Source: Promethearchaeota archaeon Loki_b31 (GTDB lineage: Archaea; Asgardarchaeota; Lokiarchaeia; Sigyniarchaeales; SOKP01). Taken from it: a DNA stretch of 64,000 bases. Under the pieces are notes generated by a model. That model was not told the DNA's origin and ran no database searches. It was given only the letters and a program-made list of their open reading frames with translations. Made by a program: the position numbers and the translations under genes. How positions within the stretch are numbered: the first letter of the stretch is position 1; each line of letters begins with the position of its first letter. The stretch lies in NCBI GenBank assembly GCA_005222975.1, contig NJBI01000001.1, positions 64,001-128,000 on the forward strand. Reading direction: 5' to 3'. Shown here piece by piece: positions 29,781 through 39,279 of the stretch.

Positions 29781-31427
29781 TTACTTAAAAAAAAATCCAT
29801 ATTTCTGACTGAAATATTTATCAATAAGATATTTTGTTGAATCAAAAGGACTAACATCTCCTAAAAAATTTTTAAGATATTTCCCGAATTTTATTTCAAA
29901 ATCTTTTGAAAACTCATCAAGTTTCTTTAATAACACTGGTAAATCCATGTTTGAAATTAAGCAGACAACATGGTATTTTCCAAAAGAAAATAGAAGATGG
30001 TAGCCCTCCTTGTCAATTTTTCTTAACTGTTTTTTGCTTTGAGTTATTTCAGAAATGATTGCTACGACACCTGTCAATGCTCCAGAAATAATATCTTCAT
30101 CCATCTCATTCTTCTTCTCTTTTTCTTCCCCTTGGGGCTTTTTCTCAAAATTATGATAGTAAAGCCCAACTCCATGAACACTAAAAATATAAAGATTTAT
30201 CATTGCTGATGACCAATTCTTTTCTTTAGATATTAAAAATTCTTTCATTGCCATCATCCAAACAAGAAGAATAACTATAACAAACCCATTTAAGAGATTT
30301 GGAAAATTGGGGATGAAATTATCTAATTCTGGATAAAGTGTATACAAACCATTTATCCATCTACTAAATGTAAATCCAATAGCAATTCCCAAAAACATTA
30401 AAGCTAAAAAAAGACCATTAATACGACCTCTATATTTTAAGTTTCCTCTTTCTGTTGAAAAATCTCCAGATATAGTTTGGATTGCTAGTATAAGGGGTAG
30501 TAATGAAAATCCATAATGAATTGAAAGAAAAATTTTTCTTGGCATTCCAAATATGATAGGAGCATCTATATAAGAACCATAAGATATAAGAAAAAACGAT
30601 AGAAGTAAAATACCTAATATTATTGAAGTTTTACGACCGATATTATCTAAAAAACAACCCGCTGCAATGAGATATATTGTAGATGCCAAAAAAAAAACAA
30701 AGAAGTCTACATCAAAACTATATCGAGCTAGTAAATCCCCTAAAATAAAGCCTAATATTGTGAAACTTGATGAATATCGAAAAAATTGCTTTTCAAAAAT
30801 AATCTTAAAAAATTTCTTATCAGATTTGAGCCTCTCTTCAGTTTCTATATATTTATATTTTCTAGAACACCAAAAAATTATTAATAAAAGTATTAATACT
30901 AAAATAAAAAAATAATTGTACAAAAATTCAAAAGATACAAAAATAAAACTAAACCAACCTAAAAGGGAACATGAAGCTAGAAGAAAAGCAGTTATCCTTC
31001 CCCTATTTAAAAGATTAGTTTCATGAACTAATGTTGTAAACCATAATGTTATTAATTGAGGAACTGTCATTAATACGATTAATAAACCTATATAATATAA
31101 AATAACTTCAGAAAAAGCACTAAAAAAAATTCCTATTATACAAAAAAGCAAAACTAAATTAAAATGTCTTGTTCTATTCTTTATTTTATCAACAAGTATA
31201 ACTGAGGTAAGGAAACTAATAGCAAGTATAAATAATATTACACCTATTTCAATATTTATAACTGAAACCATTTCCGTTAAAACAACATATTTGTATAAAA
31301 AAGCCTCAATAACTAAGAAAATTGCTAAAAGAGAGAAAAATAAATAAACTAATGAGTTTTTTGACAAGTCGATATCTCTAGCAAATACTCTTACAAACCA
31401 ATTTTTGAGGGATTCCTTTTTCATCAA
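29781..31427 (-). CDS. MFS-fold multi-pass membrane protein fused to a C-terminal longin domain
   Basis: About 12 TM segments with motif-A-like loops LVDKIKNR and FLDNIGRK; last ~140 aa INLYIFSVHGVGLYYHNF...DIISGALTGV...FLGDVSPF. Confidence 0.72.
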   Translation of the reverse strand: MMKKESLKNWFVRVFARDIDLSKNSLVYLFFSLLAIFLVIEAFLYKYVVLTEMVSVINIEIGVILFILAISFLTSVILVDKIKNRTRHFNLVLLFCIIGIFFSAFSEVILYYIGLLIVLMTVPQLITLWFTTLVHETNLLNRGRITAFLLASCSLLGWFSFIFVSFEFLYNYFFILVLILLLIIFWCSRKYKYIETEERLKSDKKFFKIIFEKQFFRYSSSFTILGFILGDLLARYSFDVDFFVFFLASTIYLIAAGCFLDNIGRKTSIILGILLLSFFLISYGSYIDAPIIFGMPRKIFLSIHYGFSLLPLILAIQTISGDFSTERGNLKYRGRINGLFLALMFLGIAIGFTFSRWINGLYTLYPELDNFIPNFPNLLNGFVIVILLVWMMAMKEFLISKEKNWSSAMINLYIFSVHGVGLYYHNFEKKPQGEEKEKKNEMDEDIISGALTGVVAIISEITQSKKQLRKIDKEGYHLLFSFGKYHVVCLISNMDLPVLLKKLDEFSKDFEIKFGKYLKNFLGDVSPFDSTKYLIDKYFSQKYGFFFK

Positions 31428-31693
31428 TATCTTTAAAATTCTTTTTGATTTAAAACTAATGTAAGTTACATTTTAATTTAATGTTTTAATGTAATGTTTT
31501 ATCTTAAAATTTCTCTATAATAATTTCACTCTCTTCAATATAATCTTTATTTATGATATTATAATATTTAAATTCTTTATATGCAATATTTTAAAAATTT
31601 TTTTTAATAGATTAGACACATACAGAGATCTTCATATAATTATTAATGAAGGTAAGTTTATTTTTTCCAATTTATTTAAATACTTGAACATTA

Positions 31694-32179
31694 ATGAGCA
31701 AAATCAAAAAAATTCTTCTCGTTTGTTTAGGAAACACAGCAAGAAGTCCCGCAGCGGAATACTTAGCTAAATTTTATGCAAAAAAATACAAATCTGATTT
31801 AAGGTTTGAGAGTGCTGGTTTTATAAATGCATTTTCATATATGCAACCTGAATCTCAAGAATATTTAAATTCAAAGGGCATTAAACATTCTGATTTTCGA
31901 CCGCAAATAATCAATCGTAAACTACTTGAAAGGCAAGACTTAATTATTACAATGGAAAAGTCACATGTTACCGATATTAGAGAAAATTATCAAGGGGTTA
32001 ACGACATCAGTAAAAAATTGTTTACTTTAAAAGAATTTAACGGAGAAACTGATGATTTAAATATAATAGATCCATATTACGCCAGTACTAAGACTTACCA
32101 GAAAGTTCTTAAAATAATTGATGAAAATATCGAAAAAATGATTAAAAAAATAATTCGGATAAATAAAACCGAACTCTAA
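31694..32179 (+). CDS. LMW-PTP family phosphatase
   Basis: CLGNTARSP, ESAG, IDPYY. Confidence 0.9.
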   Translation: MSKIKKILLVCLGNTARSPAAEYLAKFYAKKYKSDLRFESAGFINAFSYMQPESQEYLNSKGIKHSDFRPQIINRKLLERQDLIITMEKSHVTDIRENYQGVNDISKKLFTLKEFNGETDDLNIIDPYYASTKTYQKVLKIIDENIEKMIKKIIRINKTEL

Positions 32180-32198
32180 CTACTTAGTAAGAGCAAAA

Positions 32199-32684
32199 AT
32201 GACGAAAATAAAGCGAGTTCTGTTCATATGTTACGCAAACACATGTCGTTCGCCAGCAGCACAACATCTGGCGAACTTTTACGGTAAAAAATATGAGCTA
32301 AAAGGAGTTGTCTTCGATTCCGCGGGATGGCACAATGCTTTTGATTACGCTCAACCAGAAACAATAGATTATATACAATCAAAAGGTATTAAAATAAGTG
32401 ATTTTCAACCTAAAGTCATAACAAGAGAATTGATAGAAAAACAAGATCTTATAATAGGTATGGAACGATATCATTTAACAAAAGTTAAAAAAAGATTTAG
32501 AGATTTACAAGAACAATTAAAACAAAAATTATATACTTTGAAAGAATTTAATGGGGCAGATAAAAAGGATTTAAACGTTCCAGATCCTTATAAAACGGAG
32601 AAAAAACGATACGATGAAATATTAGAAATCGTCGAAAAAAACGTAAAGGCGCTCGTTAAGAAAGTTAAACGCATAAACCAATAA
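32199..32684 (+). CDS. LMW-PTP family phosphatase (tandem paralog)
   Basis: CYANTCRSP, DSAG, PDPYK; shares L(F/Y)TLKEFNG with the upstream copy. Confidence 0.9.
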   Translation: MTKIKRVLFICYANTCRSPAAQHLANFYGKKYELKGVVFDSAGWHNAFDYAQPETIDYIQSKGIKISDFQPKVITRELIEKQDLIIGMERYHLTKVKKRFRDLQEQLKQKLYTLKEFNGADKKDLNVPDPYKTEKKRYDEILEIVEKNVKALVKKVKRINQ

Positions 32685-32820
32685 GCTAAACTTGTTTAGA
32701 CTGTTTATAAATACTTACATTTTTGTAAAGTCTTTCGCAATCAACCTATATAAATTAAAGATAATATTAAAAATAACTTATACTATTAGAAAAATTATAT
32801 AAGAATATTAAAAAGTTTTA

Positions 32821-33372
32821 ATGAATCAATTAACGATCAATAACACGGTTATAGAAATTTTTGTCGGCGATATTATTAATGCTGACTACGATGCAATTGC
32901 CATTCCTACAAATAGTCGGCTTTTGCCTAGTGGTACCTTAAGATGTCGAGTATTAAAAGGGGCGGGTCATAAAGTACACGTAGAATGTAATCGTATTATT
33001 AGTAAGATATCAAATGTTCCAATTGGGGATGCTGTAATTACTTCTGGCGGCAAATTAAATGCTAAATTTATTTTCCATGTAAGAGCAGGTCACGATCAAA
33101 AAAAATTGATGTTAGCGATCTGGAATTCGCTGAGATTAGCCGATAAAGAAGGGATACATTCAATCGCTTATCCTCCAATATCGAAAGAAGTAATCGGATT
33201 CAACGCAAAGATCTGTGCGGGTATAATTATTCCAACGATTAAGAAATTCGTTTTAGAAAGAAACAACAATTTGAGAAATGTATCAGTTTGTCTTGAATCA
33301 TTACCTGATTATAAGGATTTTGAAAATACATTAAATAATATAGCTGAATTTCCCAATATTATAATATATTAG
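32821..33372 (+). CDS. Macro domain protein (divergent)
   Basis: VGDII, DAIAIPTNSRL, GDAVITSGGKLNAKFIFH, SIAYPPIS. Confidence 0.82.
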   Translation: MNQLTINNTVIEIFVGDIINADYDAIAIPTNSRLLPSGTLRCRVLKGAGHKVHVECNRIISKISNVPIGDAVITSGGKLNAKFIFHVRAGHDQKKLMLAIWNSLRLADKEGIHSIAYPPISKEVIGFNAKICAGIIIPTIKKFVLERNNNLRNVSVCLESLPDYKDFENTLNNIAEFPNIIIY

Positions 33373-33540
33373 TATTTTGTTCTTTAAATAAAACATTTAT
33401 TAGAAAAATGTAACTTTATAAAACCACACTTAATCTTATAATTGAAATTAAATCTTTATTTAGTTTCATGTTTAAATTATTAATTAAGATTATTAACGAA
33501 TAAAATTAATATCATAGATTTAGATTTAGGGGATTACCTT

Positions 33541-34101
33541 TTGGAAATAGATGAAATAAATGAAGATATTTTAAATGATATAAATAAAAATATTCAAAAT
33601 GATAGTTCTAACATTAAATCATTAAAAGGGTTTGAAATAATTTGTGAATCAATGGTTTATAAAATCCTTGATATTTTCGGTAAAAATAGTTTGCTTTCAA
33701 TGTTGTATCAGACAGGATCAGGACCGGGAGAAGTAATTGCTAAAAGGATAAAAGAAAAGCATAACAAGGAGGAATTTGGAATTTTTGAAGCTTTAGAAAT
33801 CTTAATGACCGAATTGAAAGATTTTTATTCAATACAAATTAGAGAAGTTCAATTAAATTCAGATCAAACTAGAATAATAATAGAAAATTTTTGCTTTTTA
33901 AGAGAGCCAAGTAAACGCAGAGAAAAACTGCAACCCGGGAAAGCGTTTTGCCGAGTCAATAAAGGTTATTTTGAAACGGCCTTTCGAAAATTATTAGGAA
34001 ATAAAGTTAAAAAAATAGAGATCAACTTTCTCCACGACGATCCTGAAAAAAATGTGTGTGTAGAAGAAATGATTTTTTATCATAACTCTGATAAAGTATG
34101 A
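33541..34101 (+). CDS. V4R-domain protein (V4R/Bet3-like fold)
   Basis: LYQTG...GE, IENFCFLRE, FCRVNKGYFETAF, terminal CVEE. Confidence 0.65.
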   Translation: MEIDEINEDILNDINKNIQNDSSNIKSLKGFEIICESMVYKILDIFGKNSLLSMLYQTGSGPGEVIAKRIKEKHNKEEFGIFEALEILMTELKDFYSIQIREVQLNSDQTRIIIENFCFLREPSKRREKLQPGKAFCRVNKGYFETAFRKLLGNKVKKIEINFLHDDPEKNVCVEEMIFYHNSDKV

Positions 34102-34120
34102 TGGAATTACAATTTCTCTT

Positions 34121-34225
34121 TCAACCTCTGATTGACAAATTCCTAGTTATGTCTCTACTTGTTTCGGGATCAATTACTCGCTGAATTATAATCTCATCAA
34201 TAGTTCTCTCTTCCTTCTCTTTCAT
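34121..34225 (-). CDS. Possible 34-aa small protein (MKEKEERTIDEIIIQRVIDPETSRDITRNLSIRG)
   Basis: ATG..TGA ORF with protein-like composition in a locally GC-richer intergenic patch. Confidence 0.3.
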   Translation of the reverse strand: MKEKEERTIDEIIIQRVIDPETSRDITRNLSIRG

Positions 34226-34408
34226 AAGATCATTAATTTTTTTTAAATTAAAGATTAATTATATTCTTATTGATCATTTATTTGTACTTTTTGAAAAACA
34301 AAATGTCAAAAGTTAAAAAAAAAATCGAATTAATTTACATATTACAATCTGTTTATGAAAAATATTAAAATAAGAATATAATTAAAAATATAAGGTTGAA
34401 AAACAAAA

Positions 34409-35584
34409 ATGGTTGATGTTAAAAACATTGTTATTATTGGTGCTGGTCTAATGGGCCATAATGCCGGTCAAATCTGTTTAATGGCTGGTTATAATGTAAC
34501 ATTAGTCGATATTAAAGATGAATTCGTTGATAATGGAGTTGCTAAAATAGATGAAGGGTTAAAAAAACTTGAAGCCAAAGGAAAGTTAGGTGAGGGTGTT
34601 TCTTCCGCTGATCTCATGGGAAAATTAAAAAAATCTACAGATACGGCAAGTGCAGTAAAAGACGCTGATTTTGTATTGGAAGCAGTTGTTGAATTAATGG
34701 ATGTCAAAAAACAAGTTTTTAAAACTTGCGACGAAAACGCACCGGCTCATTGTATCTTAGCCACAAATACTTCTACGATGAGCATTACTGAAATTGCTTC
34801 GGCAACAAACAGACCAGATAAAGTAATTGGTATGCACTTCTTTAATCCACCGATACTCATGAGATTAATTGAGATAATAGCAGGTGAAAAAAGTTCTGAT
34901 GAGGCAATGGATATAGGTGTTCAAATCGGTCAATCTTTACCTTGTTTAAGAGGGAAGAGATTTGTTCCTAAAGTATTGAAGGATAGACCTGGATTTATAG
35001 TTAACAGAATGAATGCACCAGTACAAATTTATATAAATTGGATATTCGATCAAGCAGCTGAGAAAGGAATTCCATGGGGTCAAATTGATGGTGATGCAGG
35101 ATCTTTGATGCCAATGGGACCGTGTGAACTATCGGATTACGTAGGAATCGATACTATGTTTCATGTGGGTAATTATTACACAGAAACATTATCTCCTAAT
35201 TTTAAGCCCGGAAAAGTTATTACCAAGATGGTTGAAGACAAGAAGCTTGGACGCAAAACAGCTCAAGGTTTTTATGATTGGTCTAAAGGAAGACCAAAAA
35301 TCGATAAATCTCAAAAAGCAGGTCTATTTAGCGTTGAAACTTCAATGGCAATTATGTTAAACGAAGGTTGCCGTCTATTAGAAGAGAAAGTCGTAACAGG
35401 CTTCAAGGTAATTGACGAAGCAAATATGGCAGGAATGAACACACCTGGACCCTTTGCTGCTGGTAAAAAGCAATTTGAGAAATGGGCTAAGATTTTAGAA
35501 GAGTTAGCAGATAAGACTGGTATGGAATATCTTAAACCTTGCGAACTGATGAAATCAGGCGGCTTTGTAAGCATGCGAAAATAA
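34409..35584 (+). CDS. 3-hydroxyacyl-CoA dehydrogenase
   Basis: GAGLMG, EAVVE, ATNTST, GMHFFNP, PGFIVNR, PMGP..L.DYVGID, LGRKT..GFYDW; duplicated C-terminal domain. Confidence 0.93.
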   Translation: MVDVKNIVIIGAGLMGHNAGQICLMAGYNVTLVDIKDEFVDNGVAKIDEGLKKLEAKGKLGEGVSSADLMGKLKKSTDTASAVKDADFVLEAVVELMDVKKQVFKTCDENAPAHCILATNTSTMSITEIASATNRPDKVIGMHFFNPPILMRLIEIIAGEKSSDEAMDIGVQIGQSLPCLRGKRFVPKVLKDRPGFIVNRMNAPVQIYINWIFDQAAEKGIPWGQIDGDAGSLMPMGPCELSDYVGIDTMFHVGNYYTETLSPNFKPGKVITKMVEDKKLGRKTAQGFYDWSKGRPKIDKSQKAGLFSVETSMAIMLNEGCRLLEEKVVTGFKVIDEANMAGMNTPGPFAAGKKQFEKWAKILEELADKTGMEYLKPCELMKSGGFVSMRK

Positions 35585-35590
35585 TTCTAA

Positions 35591-35614
35591 TCTTTTTTTT
35601 ATTTTTATTTTTTT
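35591..35614 (+). terminator. Oligo-T tract, putative archaeal terminator
   Basis: tcttttttttatttttattttttg directly after the stop codon. Confidence 0.45.
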
Positions 35615-35694
35615 GTAAAGATTTAAATTTTTTGTCGGTATAATAAGAAAGAATAATTTTAAGATATTAAAAAAAACCTAAATGAGGAATAAAA

Positions 35695-35913
35695 ATGATT
35701 TTTCAAGAAGAGACTATTTTAGAGCCTATTTTTACATTTTTATGGTTAAGTGTAATTATTATAATAGTCATTATTTATGTAATAGCAATAGCAATAGCTG
35801 TATGGGTTTACAACGATGCTAAGAAAAGAGATATGAATGCTGTAGTGTGGTTATTAATTGTGTTATTTACTAGTTGTATCGGATGTATTATATATTTGAT
35901 AGTTAGAGAATAG
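35695..35913 (+). CDS. Small membrane protein, PLDc N-terminal-like domain
   Basis: WVYNDAKKRDMNAVVWLLIVL..GCIIYLIVR; GAGGA upstream. Confidence 0.72.
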   Translation: MIFQEETILEPIFTFLWLSVIIIIVIIYVIAIAIAVWVYNDAKKRDMNAVVWLLIVLFTSCIGCIIYLIVRE

Positions 35914-36162
35914 TCATGAGAAGATTTTGGAAGTAAAAGTAGATTTATAATTTTTGTCGGTTTATTAGCTTTTGATTTTCTTTTTTTTCCATTGTATTGT
36001 TGGTTTGATAGATTGAATTACTTTTTATATACGTTAAAAATTAGAAAATGAAAAATTTGAAAGTTTTTAATTACTAAAAAAATTACTACTAAATATTCAT
36101 AAATCAAATTTTAAAAATAATTAAATTAATTGAAAATAGGTTATTAAAAGAGGTTATTAAAT

Positions 36163-37113
36163 ATGTCGGAAAATGTATTTGAACATATTAAAATTGAATG
36201 GCCCACAAAAACAGACGAACAAGGTCATATTATTCGAGAAGGGACAATTGATGGAAATTACGCGGTAATATCAATTAACAGACCAGATCGATTAAATGCT
36301 TTAACAAATCAAACAGTTTCAGAACTTGCTCAAGCTTTACGACTTATGGAAACTGATCCGAGCGTAAGAGCTGTAGTATTACGAGGTACAAAGAATGTAA
36401 CTAAAAAACCTTCCTTTTCGGTAGGAGCTGATTTAGGTGCTGGTTTCGGTAAAGATCTAAAACCAAATATCCCTTGGCATATGGCTTTAGCTATGAGATT
36501 ACGACATCGTGATTATGATGAATTAGAACAATTTAATAAACCCTTAATTGCTGCTGTTGATGGTTTTGCTTTAGGTGGGGGTATCGAATTAGTGCTTACA
36601 TGCGATATTGTTATTGCTTCTGATAGATCAATATTTGGGGTACCTGAAATCAATCGAGGAATTTTTCCTGCTAATGGCGGTATTACCCGCATGGCAGAGA
36701 GAGTAGGGCTTAATAGAGCACTCCGCATGGCTTATTTTGGTGAGCATTTCGAAGCTAAAACGATGCTCGACTGGGGACTTGTCACTTGGATTGCGCCTGC
36801 TGGAGAAGAATTTGAAAAACTTGTCCACGAAAAAGCCAAATGGCTTGGTGATGCTCCAACAACAGCATTATTTGTTATAAAGAAGGGTGTTAAATTTGGA
36901 ACGCGCTATCCGCAATTAGGCCTTATCATGGAACAGATGGGTTTTGGAATCAACCAAGTATCCTTTGATGCAAAGGAAGGAATAATGGCTTTTAACAGAA
37001 AAGTTAAATGTCCAAATTGCGGCGGAAAAGGTAAATTTGAAGACGGTACAAAGTGTGACATGTGCGGTGGCAGAAGAAAGATAAAGGATACACCTCATTT
37101 TAAAGGAATTTAA
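36163..37113 (+). CDS. Enoyl-CoA hydratase/isomerase with an inserted DnaJ-type zinc finger
   Basis: INRPDRLNAL, FSVGADL, KPLIAAVDGFALGGGIEL, FGVPEINRG; CPNCGGKG...CDMCGG near the C-terminus; GAGGT upstream. Confidence 0.92.
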   Translation: MSENVFEHIKIEWPTKTDEQGHIIREGTIDGNYAVISINRPDRLNALTNQTVSELAQALRLMETDPSVRAVVLRGTKNVTKKPSFSVGADLGAGFGKDLKPNIPWHMALAMRLRHRDYDELEQFNKPLIAAVDGFALGGGIELVLTCDIVIASDRSIFGVPEINRGIFPANGGITRMAERVGLNRALRMAYFGEHFEAKTMLDWGLVTWIAPAGEEFEKLVHEKAKWLGDAPTTALFVIKKGVKFGTRYPQLGLIMEQMGFGINQVSFDAKEGIMAFNRKVKCPNCGGKGKFEDGTKCDMCGGRRKIKDTPHFKGI

Positions 37114-37211
37114 ATAACATTTGAATTTTTTTTTCTTTTTTTCCTTAACAATATTTCTTTTTAATAATATTTTCTATAATTTTTTAAACAATTTTAGTTA
37201 TAAAATAACTA

Positions 37212-37760
37212 ATGGCAAATATCGAAATAATCGATGAAATTAACGAAGGAAATCTTTTTCTTAGGAAGGTTTCTAAAGATGACCTTTCTTTTTTTTATAA
37301 TAGTCTTAATAATAAAGAGATGACTAATTTTTTGTCGTTAGGACCGCTAAGATCTTTAGAACATTCAAGAAGATTAATCAAAAATTATCTAAAATCATGG
37401 GATAAATATCTTCAATTTAATTATGTTATAGAATTACGAGATGATAAAAGTAAAAGTAGGATTGGTTCAGCTAGTCTCTGGAATATAAGTTGGTTTCATA
37501 ATCGTTCTGGTGTTGGAATATGGATTCTTCCAGAATATTGGGAGAAAGGATTAGGTAAACGAGTAATAAAATTACTTAAAAATATTGCTTTTAACCATTT
37601 AAATCTAAATAGGATCGAAGCACATATCGCTGTTAAAAATGAAAGGTCCATCAAAATGTTTAAAAACTCTAACTTCGAAGAGGAAGGAATACTAAGAAAA
37701 TATCTTAATATTAACGGTAAATTTTATGATGCTTTGATACTTTCTTCTTTTAAAATTTAA
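37212..37760 (+). CDS. GNAT N-acetyltransferase, RimJ/RimL family
   Basis: GIWILPEYWEKGLG, LNLNRIEA...NERSIKM...FEEEGILR. Confidence 0.9.
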   Translation: MANIEIIDEINEGNLFLRKVSKDDLSFFYNSLNNKEMTNFLSLGPLRSLEHSRRLIKNYLKSWDKYLQFNYVIELRDDKSKSRIGSASLWNISWFHNRSGVGIWILPEYWEKGLGKRVIKLLKNIAFNHLNLNRIEAHIAVKNERSIKMFKNSNFEEEGILRKYLNINGKFYDALILSSFKI

Positions 37761-38203
37761 AAAACTCCAGGACTTATTACAAAATTTCTCAAAAGTCCTT
37801 TAGGTTTTATCATATCATTAATATCCTTAGAGAAACTTTTAAAAGGAGCAACATTTCCGTTAAAATTCATCAATTCGCTTTTAAATTTAACAAAGAAATT
37901 ATCAAAGATTTTAACAGCAATATTGTCGATTGACTTTTTTTTCAGCTTTTTATTATCGACTTTACTATCACATTTTAAAATCAGATGAAAATTAGTTCTA
38001 GGATGCGTTTTAAAATAAAATACGCTTCTTTTCATTTTTAAAGTGGTTAAACTCTCTTTGAACCCGTATTTGGTAAATCGGCAAATCTGGTCGAAATAGC
38101 TACCAATTAATTGATAATTATTATCCTCATTTGAACTACCGCTAAAGTTATGGTAAAATATGGGAATGCCCGTGTTATTAAGAATAATAATCTCTTGGAT
38201 CAA
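37757..38203 (-). CDS. Stand-alone longin-domain protein
   Basis: MIQEIIILNNTGIPIFYHNF...LIGSYFDQICRF...FNGNVAPF; matches the longin parts of 15055 and 29781. Confidence 0.75.
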   Translation of the reverse strand: MIQEIIILNNTGIPIFYHNFSGSSNEDNNYQLIGSYFDQICRFTKYGFKESLTTLKMKRSVFYFKTHPRTNFHLILKCDSKVDNKKLKKKSIDNIAVKIFDNFFVKFKSELMNFNGNVAPFKSFSKDINDMIKPKGLLRNFVISPGVF

Positions 38204-38308
38204 TATTAATCCAAAAATTAAATTGATTTTATACTATTTAATACCTTCGTTAAAAAATTATAAACCGTTTGATATTAATTAAACTGGTTATTAAGAAGAG
38301 AATAAAAA

Positions 38309-39277
38309 CTATTTTTTTTTAAAAACAGCTTTTAATTGGCTCAATATTTCTTTAAATATTTCAAGAGCTCCAGAATAATCGTCATATTTCAAGGCTTCGA
38401 TACCTTGGATGTTTAAATTGTTAACCTTAGTTTTTAATTCTTCGCTTTTGGAAACTTCCCTTATCTTATTTTCAATAATATCAATATATTCAGTATATTT
38501 CTCTAAATAATGATTTTTACCAATAAATCTTGAAATTTTAATAATTTTCTTAATATTGTTTATTGCTTGCTCAAATTGATTTTGAGAAACATTTTGTTTA
38601 ATTTCGCTTTCTAAATCTTTTAAATCTTCTTCTAATTTAAGATATTTATCCTCAGCATCAATTAAACTTTTCATTTTTATTTTTAATTTCTGTTGATAAT
38701 CTAAGAAATCTCCTTTTTGCAAAAATTCTATCTTAGAGTTAAGTATTTGTTTTGCCTTATCAAATTCGTAATTATCTATTAATCTTGAAACTTCTGCCAA
38801 TGAATGTTCAATGTCTTCATTGATATCAATTTTTTTTTTTAATTCTAAAAATATTGCTTCGGAAGTTTCCCACATTTTCAGCGTTTCGGTATCTTTAAGC
38901 TTTTTCAGAAGAGTTTTTGCTTGTTCTAATGTTTCTTCTGCTAATGTGATATTATTAGTACTGATATAGCTATTAAACTGGATTTCTAATGGTTCAAGTT
39001 GTTTTTTTAGAGTATTTTGTTGTTTTTCAATTTCAATAATTTTATTATTTTCTTTAACTTTTTTATAAAGGTCTGCAATGAACTCTCCTTCCTCCCTTAC
39101 AATAGAATATAATTTAGCATCTTCAGCTATTTCCATTATTTCTTCTGCTATTTTTATTGCGTCATCAAATTTACCCATTAAATAGTGGTTATTCGCTATT
39201 ACTTTTAACTCATCAATTTTAGATAAAACTACTATTTTTTTCTTATTATTAGTTTCTTTGTCTGAGTTTAAATCCAA
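38309..39277 (-). CDS. TPR-like helical-repeat/coiled-coil protein
   Basis: About 5 helical repeats (GKFDDAIKI, YEFDKAKQI, NQFEQAINN, DDYSGALEI); paralogous to the C-terminal part of 39280-40341. Confidence 0.7.
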   Translation of the reverse strand: MDLNSDKETNNKKKIVVLSKIDELKVIANNHYLMGKFDDAIKIAEEIMEIAEDAKLYSIVREEGEFIADLYKKVKENNKIIEIEKQQNTLKKQLEPLEIQFNSYISTNNITLAEETLEQAKTLLKKLKDTETLKMWETSEAIFLELKKKIDINEDIEHSLAEVSRLIDNYEFDKAKQILNSKIEFLQKGDFLDYQQKLKIKMKSLIDAEDKYLKLEEDLKDLESEIKQNVSQNQFEQAINNIKKIIKISRFIGKNHYLEKYTEYIDIIENKIREVSKSEELKTKVNNLNIQGIEALKYDDYSGALEIFKEILSQLKAVFKKK

Positions 39278-39279
39278 TA

